A DNA stretch of 64,000 bases, taken from NCBI RefSeq assembly GCF_963921235.1, contig NC_086108.1, forward strand, positions 91,142,001 through 91,206,000, read 5' to 3'. A model generated the notes under the pieces. It was not told where the DNA came from and searched no databases. It saw nothing but the letters and a program-made list of their open reading frames with translations. The translations under genes were made by a program, and so were the position numbers. Below are positions 53,932 through 64,000 of the stretch, piece by piece (position 1 is the first letter of the stretch; each line of letters begins with the position of its first letter). Source of the stretch: Mobula hypostoma (Eukaryota).

Positions 53932-55759
53932 TTATAGTGTATGAGATATCCATTCAAGAGTCTGATAACACTGGGAATAGACATTGTCCTTTCTGGTGGT
54001 TTGTGCTTTTGTATCTTCAGCTCCAGGAGAGGGGGAATAAAGAATGACTGATTGACTACGTTAGCAACTAACATATTGATTATGTTATTGCTGGCTTAAG
54101 GACAGCTTCTATCCACTGTTATAAGATTATTAATTGGTTCCCTAATACAATAACATGGACTTGACACCACAGTCTACCTCATTATGAACATGCATCTTCT
54201 TGTTTACCTGCACTGCACTTCCTCTGTCACTGTTGCACTGTTATTGTATTACCTTGTGCTACCTCAATGCGCTGTGTAATGAGTTGATTTGTATGAACTG
54301 TGTGCAATATAAGCTTTTCAGTGTACCTCAGTACACGTGATTCAATTCAATTGCAAGACAGCACAAATTTTGTTTGCTTCTTGTTTCTACCACTCCAGGA
54401 CACCATGCTCAGTGGCGTCCTTTATTCTTTCCTGTCCAGTGCTCTGGCTACTGAAATCTTTATTCTAGCCCTTCATTGTTGCCGAACTCCAGCCAGTTCA
54501 CCTCTGCCTGCGGTTCCTCTGCTGCCGAACGTCTTGTTGAGGCCTTTGATGCCTCACAGCTTCAGATTTGTTTATTTATAAGGTGTACACCAAGATATAT
54601 AGTGAAAAGTGTCGTTTGCATGAACAACCAACACAACCTAAAGATGTGATGGGGAAGCCTACAATTGTCACCATACATCCTGGCACCAACAAGAAGCAAC
54701 GATGACAACAGAGCAATAACATCAAAACAAAAACAGCAAAACAACCCCTGTTCCTCACTCCCACACACCCACATACTCACTGGCTACCTGAATGCACTTG
54801 TGTTTCGTATTTAAAACAAGAGATCATTCAGCTAAATGAGTCAGTGCTGGTTCTCCAAACAATCTCGCTTATTCCCCAAGCTCATTTGTTCATTGGGTGC
54901 CATGTTGTATAACATGGGCTATCATGGCCTTTCCATGATCGGTATTTTTCTTGGCAGTTTCTTCCACAGAAGTGGTTTGCCATTGCCTTCTTCTGAGCAG
55001 TGTCTTTCCCAGCCGTTGTCTGTACCCTTCAAAGATTATCTGCCTGGTGTCAGTGGTTGCATAGCCAAAAACTGTGATATGCACCATCTGCTCATACAAC
55101 CATCCAACCATCCACACATGGCTCGACATGATGCTGACTGGGGGGCTAAGCAGATGCTTACACCTTGCCCAAGGGTGACCTGCAGGCTAGCGGAGTGAAG
55201 GAGTGCCTTACACCTCCTTTGGTAGAGGTGTATCTTCACTCTGCCACCCCATTACCCAAGCACTCATATACTTATGAACAAACCATATCAATCAGATACA
55301 ACAGGCTAATTTACCATAGCTTGTCTTTAGGATGGGGAGGGGGGAGGTAAAGAAACAGAACATCTGGAGAAAATGCACACACTGGCAGAGAGAATGTACG
55401 AACTCCGCCCAAACAGCACCAGAAGTCAGGATCGAACCCACCTATTGGAGCTGTGAGATAGCTACCCAATCTGCAGTGACATTGTACCTCTGGATGTATT
55501 CGCGATCTCCATTCCACATTCCTAAACTTCATAAGCTTCAAGACATTGGAAAATTTGTGATTAGAACTTGACGTGCACCAACCTTCCTTTATAGTTCATC
55601 CCAGTGTTTCCTCATCTACACTGGCTGATGAGAGCTCCATTCTTCTGTTCAAATTTCTCTAATGCTGTGAGATTCCATACCTCTGGTACTTCCTTCAGCT
55701 GGTGAGCCATTCAAATTATCTGTAACCTCTGGTCGTCTGTCTTAACTGCGCTACTAGCA

Positions 55760-56100
55760 GTTGTGGTTTTGAGGAGGATGCAAAGAATATCATGGACGAA
55801 ACAAATATCTAATGAGGATGTCATGAACAGAGCAAACACAAAAAGAGAAATAATGTATGGGGTCATGAAAAGGCAATGTAACTTAATTGGACATGTGATT
55901 AGGAAAGAGGAGTTAGAATTGGGAAAGATTGAAGGGAAGAAAGCAAGAGGAAGACAAAGACGAATGATGATGGAGACAGCAGCCAGAGAACTGGAAATGA
56001 ATACAATGAATTGATCCACTTGACCCGAAACAGGAGTGTGTGGGCCATGGCAGTCAAAGCTCAATCTGGGCACGGCACCTGATGATGATGATGATGATGA
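55760..56100 (+). mobile_element. RTE-clade LINE 3' end
   Basis: LRRMQRISWT..SNEDV..GHVIRK..GKIEGKKARGRQR; (gat)n tail. Confidence 0.85.
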
Positions 56101-56514
56101 CTAGCAGTTGGATGGTGGTGGAGGTGCAAGGTGCTTCTTCCCTCCGCTAGCCCGCAGGTCACTCTTGGGAAAGGTGTAACACCTGCTTACCCCTCCCCCA
56201 AAAAAGCCATGTGAGCAGGTGGTGCTTATCACAATTCCTGGATATGTGACCACTGATGCCAAGCAGACATTCTCTGAAGAGTATTGATAATGGCCAGGGT
56301 GTAACAATCCAGAGAAAGTGCAGTTCAGGTGGACAATAAGGTGTAAGGTTATAACAAGATACTTTATGAGGTCAATACTCTGAACTATACAGCACGGGAG
56401 TGAGTTATTCAACTCATTACGTTCAAGACCAATCTAGACTCTACAAGACCAATCCTATTAATGCATCGTACCTTCCTGGAACCTTGCAATTTTTTTTCTC
56501 GTCAGTACACAGTA

Positions 56515-57325
56515 TGTCAGAATTGGAATCAGAATCAGGTTTAATATCTCCGGCATATGTCGTAAAGTTTGGTAACTTTGCAGCAGCAGTACAGTGCAAT
56601 ACATGATAAATTTTAAAAAACTGAATTGCAGTGTGTGAATTAAGTAAGTAGTGCAAAAACAGAAATAATAAAAAAATAGTGGAGGTAGTGTTCGTGAGTT
56701 CAGTGTCCATTTAGAAATCGGATGGCAGAGGGGAAGAAGCTGTTCCTGAATCACTGAGTGTGTGCCTTCAGGCTTCTGTACCTCCTTCCTAATGGTAACA
56801 GTAAGAAGAGGGCATGTGCTGGGTGGTGGGGGTCCTTAATGATGGACGTCGCCTTTCTGAGGCACCGTTCCTTTAAGATATCCTGGATATTACAGAGGCT
56901 AGTACCCATGATGGAGCTGACTAATTTTACAACTCTCTGCAGCTTAGTACAATTCTATGCAGTTGCCCCCATCCCATACCAGATAGTGATGCAGCTAGTT
57001 AGAATGCGCTCCATGGTAAATCTGTAGAAACTTTCAAGTGTTTTAGGTGACAAACCAATTCTCCTCAAACTTCTAATGAAATATAGCCACTTTCATGCCT
57101 TCATTATAGCTGCATCGATACGTTGGGACCAGGTTAGGTCCTCAGGGATCTTGACGTTCAGGAACTTGAAATTGCTCACTCTCTCCACTTCTGGTCCCTC
57201 TATGAGAAATGTTTTGTGTTCCCTCACCTTACCCTTTCTGAAGTCCACAATCAGTTCTTTGGTCTTACTGACGTTGAGTGCAAGGTTGTTACTGTGACAA
57301 CACTCAACTAGCTGATATATCTCAG
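56515..57325 (-). mobile_element. Rex1-type LINE 3' fragment
   Basis: Colinear with 7201-7965; (tctgat)n-type tail on the minus strand. Confidence 0.85.
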
Positions 57326-58649
57326 TGATATTATTCTGCTCTTGAACACTCCCTGGATTTTTTTTATTTTTTATTGAAATACCACGTGGAATAGGCCCTC
57401 CCGCCCATTGCAGCCGCGTCGCCCAGCAACTCCTGACTAATCACGGGACAGTTTATAATGACCAATTAACCTACCAACCGGTACGTCTTTGCACTATGAG
57501 AGAAAACCCACACCGTCATGAGGAGAACGTACAAACTCCTTACGGGCAGCAGTGGGAATTGAACCTGGGTCACTGGTTTTGTAAGGCATTTTGCTTCCAA
57601 GTATCATCTTTCAAATATTAAGATATTGTGTACAATCCAGTGTAAAATAAGACCATAAGATATAAGAGCAGAATAAATCAGGGTTTGCTATTTGAATGAA
57701 TTAATTTTGTCAATTGAGCATTGCATGTTTCATTTCCATGAAGTGTTTCATTTCCTTTGAGATTATTTATTGACAATTAAAGCAGGATTTTTCCATTACC
57801 ACTTTGGTTCAAGTGAAACAGTACAATGGAGAAGGCTGACACCTTTACCCAGTCAGGCCGACACAGGCGGAATTGTGAAGGAGCGTAAATCACAGAGTTA
57901 GCTGAACAGCAGCAGAATGGATTTGGAGGGCTTAAGAAAGGAATGAGAAAGGAAAACCAAGAGCATTAACTGAGTAAATAAGATTGTTTTCAGACCAGAA
58001 CAACATACCTGAAGTGTCCAAAAGTGCAAAAAATAAGATTCAAAGTGCTCAGCATATCAGTAGAAGATGACTATGTGTCATTAACAACTATTCTTTTGTG
58101 AATCCTACTTCTTGTCTTGCCTTATTTTTTTTATTTCTCTGCTTCTATTTCTTTTTAACTCCTTAATGACCACTTCCCTGAAAATAAAGAAGTTATAAAG
58201 GAAGAACTGACACTCGAAAACAATTCTGGAAATCCTCTATTATCTGTAAAAGACTGAGGAATTCATGTTCAACACAACATTAAGGAAAGGTGTAGCTGGA
58301 TTATCCTGGCTGGAAACAGACCCTCTGCTCTCAAGTCTATCTGGACCATCGAGCACCCATTTACACTAATTACATCAATCGCATTTTACTCTCCTGCTAT
58401 TTCAGATTCTTCCACCAGGGATAATTTACAATGGCCAATCAATCTGCATATCTTTGGGATGCAGAAGGGAACTGGAATATTGAGGGAGTAAAACTGGCGA
58501 GGCTGGGTCTCTGGAACTGTGAGATAGCAGCTCCACCAACTGCACAACTCTACTGCCCCAATTTTCCAAAATCATTGTTAGCCATCACTGTAACTCTGTT
58601 GCAAATGCTGGTGCTGGAATCATTACTGTATCAGGACAGTGTTCAGGGG

Positions 58650-58794
58650 ATGAATCTTTTAATCAGTAAACTCGCCCTTGATTCAAAGTTCCTGTATTAC
58701 TGTCTCCGATTTCACGCAAATGGGGCACGTGAAATCGGAGACAGTAATACAGGAACTTTGAATCAAGGGCGAGTTTACTGATTAAAAGATTCAT
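58650..58794. repeat. Perfect inverted repeat, 67-bp arms and 11-nt spacer
   Basis: 58650-58716 is the exact reverse complement of 58728-58794; spacer caaatggggca. Confidence 0.95.
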
Positions 58795-59017
58795 TCTCAC
58801 AGGTTTTTGGATTTGCTCCATTGCTAGGAGGCCTAGTCATAAAGACTTCTCTTGGGCAGAAGGAGTACAATGCTTGCTCTTCTTGGATTGAGGAGAGAGA
58901 CTAAAACACCAGCTTCCCTCCATCAAAATTTACCATTGTTACACTGAAGGGTAACAGAAACTGAGCAATGCCAGATTCAAAGTTCAAAGTAAATTTATTA
59001 TCAAAGTACATATATGT

Positions 59018-59723
59018 ACTTTGGAGGAGGAGGAGAAGATGGTGGCGCGACGGCAGCGTACGCGGCCTCTCCGGTGAATGATATCTGTAATCTGTCAAGT
59101 AGGCGACTGTGCACAATTCTGAGTTGATGGAGACAGACGTAAGAGTACGGAGGAACATCTGGAAAACTTCTGAATTGCCGCTTCGCTGCCGCTGCTACTG
59201 TGTGGTAACCGGAATCTCTGGAGCAGAAGGCCCCAAATCCTCGGCTTTGCTTGTTTCAGCGGCCGGGGCTAGGTCAAAGGCGCTTGGCAGAGGATGGCGC
59301 TTGGGAGGCTGTATCCGAGGGGCTGGTCGGAGGCTTGACGTTTTCGGATGGACGGACTCAGTGTCGGCTGTGGTCGGCTGCTTCCAAGGCATTGGCAGTT
59401 GTCAGGTCCTGGAGGTTTATGGCAGGGAGTTTCTCTCTTTTGCCACCTACTATCGGGGACTTGGGAGTCAATTGACTTGGGGACTTTGACACTTTTTTTA
59501 CCGTGCCCATGATTTGTTCTTCATCAAATTACGGTATTGCTTTGCACTGCTGTAACTATATGTTATAATTATGTGGTTCTGTCAGTATTAGTCTTTGGGT
59601 TTGTCCTGTTTTCTGTGATATTACTCCAGAGAAATATTTTATCATTTCTTAATGCATGTATGCATTTCTAAATGACAATAAAAGAGGACTGAGTGTTCTC
59701 ATAATCTAAATCTAAATATCTAA
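59018..59723 (+). mobile_element. Young CpG-rich non-autonomous retroposon with (atctaa)n tail
   Basis: TSD atatatgt at 59010-59017 and 59724-59731; GC-rich 5' end agaagatggtggcgcg; aataaa followed by tandem tail; flanks rejoin into a repeat seen elsewhere in the window. Confidence 0.75.
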
Positions 59724-59929
59724 ATATATGTCACCATATACAACCCTGAGATTCATGCCTCTCCAGTTGATATCAAGAGAACTTAGAAAATAGTGGTACA
59801 GCTAATAGGGCTGCTGCCTCATAGTTCCAGTGACCCAAGATTAATACTGACCTCTGATGCCTCCTATGTGGAATTTGCACATTCTCTCTGTGATCCCAGC
59901 CTCTGCACCATCACCTCCCCCCCCATTGT

Positions 59930-60590
59930 ATTTATTCTCGGTGAGACCGACATAGATTGGGAGACCGCTTCGCTGAGCACCTACGCTTCATCTGCCGGAA
60001 GAAGTAGAAAATCCCAGAGGTCACCCATTTTAGTTCCACTTTCCATTCCCATTCCAATATGTCAATCCACTGCGGCGATGAGGTCACACTCAGGTTAGAG
60101 GAACAACACCTTGTATTCCATCTGCATAGCCTCCAACCTAATGGCATGAACATCAATCTCTTCAACTTCTGGTAATGCCCCCCACTTCATCATTCCCTAT
60201 CCCCCTTTCCCTCTCTCACCTTATCTCCTTGCCTGCCCATCACCTCCCTCTAGTGCTCCTCTCCCCCCCCCCCCGTTCTTTCTTCCATGGACTTCTGTCC
60301 TCTCCTATTTGACTCGCCCATCTCCAGCCCTGTATCACTTTCACCAATCAACTTCTCAGCTCTTTACTTCATCCCTTCCCCTCCCAGTTTCTTGTACTAC
60401 CTTGTGTTTCTCTCTCCCCTCCTCCGCCTTTTAAATCTACTCATTACCTTTTTTTCTCCAGTCCTGCCGAAGGGTCTCGGCCCAAAATGTCAACTGTGTT
60501 TTTATCCATAGATGCTGTCTGGCCTGCTGAGTTCCTCCAGCATTTTCTGTGTGCTGCTCGGATTTCCAGCATCTGGAGATTTTCTCTTGG
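59930..60590 (+). mobile_element. Penelope-like 3' fragment with GIY-YIG remnant
   Basis: GET..RLGDRFAEHLR..RLEEQHLVFHL..LQPNGMNI; homologous to 38940-39590. Confidence 0.8.
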
Positions 60591-62439
60591 TTGTTATTGT
60601 ATTCATTTATTTATTGCGATACGATGCAGAGTAAGCTCCTCCAGTCCTTCAAGCCGCGCTGCCCAGCAACCCCTGATTTAATCCTAGCCTAAGCACGGGA
60701 CAATTTACAAAGGCCAATTAACCTACCAAACACTGTGCCTTTGGATTGTGGCAGGAAACTGGAGCACCCACAGAAAACCCATGCGAGGAGGACATACAAA
60801 TTCCTTACAGGTGGCATTGGGAATCGAACCTGGGTGGCTGGTACTGTTAAGCATTGTACTAACCTCGACATTACCAAGACTCCCTGATTCTTCTCCACCT
60901 GACTCTATCTGCCAATCAACCACTCCTCACCTGGATCCACCTATTGATCCCAGCTCTTTTCACTCCCCTTTTCTTCACCTCTTTACACTAGTCATCTCCT
61001 CTCTACTCTTTAAGTCCAGTTGAAGGGTCTTGAACCAAAATGTCAAGAGTCTATTTCCCTCCGCGGATGCTGCCGGCTCATTATGTTCCTCCCTCGGCTC
61101 ACTATTCACATCGGATTCCACCAGCTGCTCCAGGATCCTCTCATATCCAAAAGACATATCAGTTACTTAATTGCCTGCTGTAAATTACTCCTGGTTTAGA
61201 ATGAAAAGTAGGATCAATGGGGAGGATGGGAATATGGGAAGAAAAATATAGAATTAGGTAGGATTGGTGACTGATTGTTGGCATGGATTTGATTGGCCAG
61301 AGGGCTTGCTATTAAGCATTATAATTCTATGATTATATTAAGTATGGACAGAAAAAGGAGTATTATTATGAAAGATACTGCAGATCATTCTCAGTACCCT
61401 TGTCAGCTTGGAGAACGTCTCAGTGTTTGACACTTGTGTAGTAATTACTCTCTGATTTTCTCTTTTCCCATTCATTTTCAATTACAGGCCATTAGTGGCA
61501 AGGCCATAATTATTGCCCATTGCTAACTATCCTTGAGAAGGTGGCGGTTAGTCACGTTTTTAAACCTAAGCCACCTTCTCGTAAAGGGTATTTGGAATGA
61601 AAACATACGCGGGTTTGGCTTTCATCCTAAAGCTACGTAATTAAATACAACAAAGCTGGAAATACTCCTCAATGCTGTTTGGGGGAGTTTTAGGATTTTT
61701 ATTTACTTATTTTTTGAGGAGCAACCTGGAGTAGGCCCTTCCAGCTCTTCAGGCCTCACCGCCCAGCAACGCCTGATTTAACCCTAGCTTAATCAAAGGA
61801 CAATTTACAATAACCAGATAACCTGCCAACCAGTTCATCTTTGGAATGAACGAGGAAACTGGAGCACCTGGAGGAAACCCCATGAGGACATGGGGAGAAT
61901 GTACAAACTCCTTACGGTCAACAGCAGGAATTGAACCTGTGTCATTTGTACTGTAAAGTGTTGTGCTCACTACTACGCTACCATTGATCCAGCAACGATC
62001 AATTACATGATGACATGGTGACCCAGTTACAAGTCAGGATAGTGCGGAGCTTGGAGGGGAATTTGAAGGTGGTGGTATTCCCCTGCACCTGAAGCTGTTG
62101 TCCTTCTTGATATTGGAAATCATGGGTTCAGGAGGTGCTGTTCCAGTAGTCGGAGCAAGTAGCTTTAGTGATCTTTGTGGCAATTACTCATGCAACCACT
62201 GTGGGCTGGTGTTGGAGAAAAAGGATATTTCAAGCATGGAGAGCCATTCAGAGTAGATACTTTGACCTGGTGAAGCTGTTTGAAGGAGCAAGTGTATCAC
62301 ATTCTTGAGTGTGCCTTGTAGATGGTGGAATGTTATTTGGGTGTCAGGAAGGGAATAACTTGCTACAGGATACTTGGCCTTAGACCAGTGCTTCTACAGA
62401 TATAAGAATACTTTTATTTTTAGGGAATAACTAGAGAGG

Positions 62440-62945
62440 TTAAGGATAGAGTCCAGAAGAGGTTCACAAGGGTGATTCTGGGAATGAATGGGTTAGCATA
62501 TAAGGAGTGTTTGGCAGCTTTGGGCCCGTACTATTGAAATTTAAAGGAATGCGGGGGAGGGCAAATCTCATTGAAACCTACTGAATATTGAAATGACCAG
62601 ATAGGGTGGATGTGGGGAGGATGTTTCCAATGGTGGGGGCATCCAGAACTAGAGGACACAGAATTAAGGGGCGACCCTTTAGAACAGGGATAATGAAGAT
62701 TTTTTTAGCCAGAGAGTAGTAAATCTGTGGAATGCTCTGCCACAGATTACAGTGGAGGCCAAGTCGGTGGGTATATTTAAGGTGTAAGTTGATCATTTCC
62801 TGATCGGTCAGGGCATCAAAGGATATGGTGAGAAGGCAAGATATGGGGTTGAGTGGGATCCGAGATCAGTTATGATGGAAAGACGAAGCAGACTTGATGG
62901 GCTGAATGGCTTAATTCTGCTCCTATGTTTTATGGGCTTGTGGCT
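62440..62945 (+). mobile_element. CR1 3' fragment
   Basis: RVQKRFTRVILGM..; 3' UTR like 3790-4020. Confidence 0.85.
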
Positions 62946-63554
62946 GGAAGTAATTCGGAACATGTGTAGCTTGGGCGACTGATGTTTGGTTTGATTAGTT
63001 CTCTAATCTTGGCAATTTACTTGCAAATGTTTTGTCACAATGCGAGGAGACATTGATTGTGATTGTGATCAACAGCACACTGACAAAACATTTGCAAGTA
63101 AGTTGGCCAAGATCAGAGAACAACTCAACCTAACTGCTACGGATACCATATGTTTACAAAAAGAAACTAAATGTTAGCAGAGTAAAAATACAAAGGTTAG
63201 GGGAACATCAAAGGAAAATAAATAATTGCAAGAGCATTTGAATTGACAATTAGAAAAAAAGTGCATGTCTCTTTGGACAGAAATTTGGATGACGATTTAA
63301 GTGCCAGGACAAACCTAATTGAGATGGCAGGGTCCAAGCCCCAGATTGTATCAGAGCAACTGAACCTGATTCTCAGATGACAATGTAGGCACCGGACCAG
63401 ATAGGAAAAGTCAGGGAGTCGGAACTGGAGGCAAGGGACAGGCCTGCTCAGCTCGCTGCTCCGCTCTGCGTTGAACCAAACGTTTGGGGACAGATTCTCT
63501 TTGTGAACTTCAGTTCAGGACACTATTGCTTGCATTTATTGTTTGTATGAGTCT

Positions 63555-64000
63555 CTCAAAAGCAGAGGTGGAGGAGTATGCCTCATTAACAACTCTTCCT
63601 GGTGCACAAATATTTCAGTGCTGTCCCAAATCTACTCACCAGACCTGGAATATCTAGCAGTTAGGTGTCATCATTTTTACCTACCATGAGAGTTCTCCAG
63701 GGTCATTTTGGTAGCAGTATACATTCCACCTCAGGCCAATATCAATCAGGCTTTTGATGAGCTGAGCAATGAGATCAACATGCATGAAACAGCGCATCCT
63801 AATGCCTTCATCATCGTTTTGGGAGATTTTAATCAAACCAGTCTGAAAACATCACTAAGCAATTACTGTCAACAGATCACTTGCAGTGCTGGAGGAAACA
63901 ACACACTGGACCATTGCTACGCCATAACCAAGAATTCCTATCGTGCTATTCCACGCCCTCACTTTGGGAAGTCTGATCAGCTGGCTGTACTTCTACTCCC
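63555..64000 (+). mobile_element. Rex1-type LINE AP-endonuclease fragment, runs off the window end
   Basis: RGGGVC..SPDLEYL..FYLP.EFS..VAVYIPPQA..GDFNQ..NTLDHCY..PRPHFGKSD. Confidence 0.85.

Noticed and set aside
58650..58794. pre-miRNA call for the perfect hairpin
   Set aside because: The stem is longer and more perfect than typical pre-miRNAs and I recognise no known mature sequence; reported as an unexplained inverted repeat.
61470..61520. Possible DPYD last exon (ttacag|GCCATT.. begins A-I)
   Set aside because: Continues as SGKAII, not the expected QFDPETHLP..CTGCTLC; the last exon was not found in the window.

Overview
Repeat-rich vertebrate intronic DNA, probably a cartilaginous fish judging from the CR1/Rex1/Penelope/HERO repeat mix (inference). 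The host gene is DPYD on the + strand. Two exons are present, 24354-24497 (144 bp) and 29966-30106 (141 bp), matching human exons 21 and 22 in size and phase; I could not find the neighbouring exons in the window. The main find lies in the intron after the second exon. It is a structurally complete 3.3-kb Gypsy LTR element (31359-34655, - strand) with TG..CA LTRs, a 5-bp AAAGT target-site duplication, a tRNA-Ser PBS and a PPT. Its RT/RNase H/integrase region is replaced by an intronless, near full-length copy of the host SUDS3 (Sin3-HDAC corepressor) mRNA, fused in frame behind the retro-protease and now pseudogenised. Other points: a perfect 67-bp-arm hairpin (58650-58794), Penelope-derived foldback elements with hammerhead-ribozyme-like cores, two Tc1 MITEs bracketing the second exon, nested LINEs, an older Gypsy element, and several TE-free stretches that may be conserved regulatory elements. 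Repeat boundaries without a TSD are approximate.
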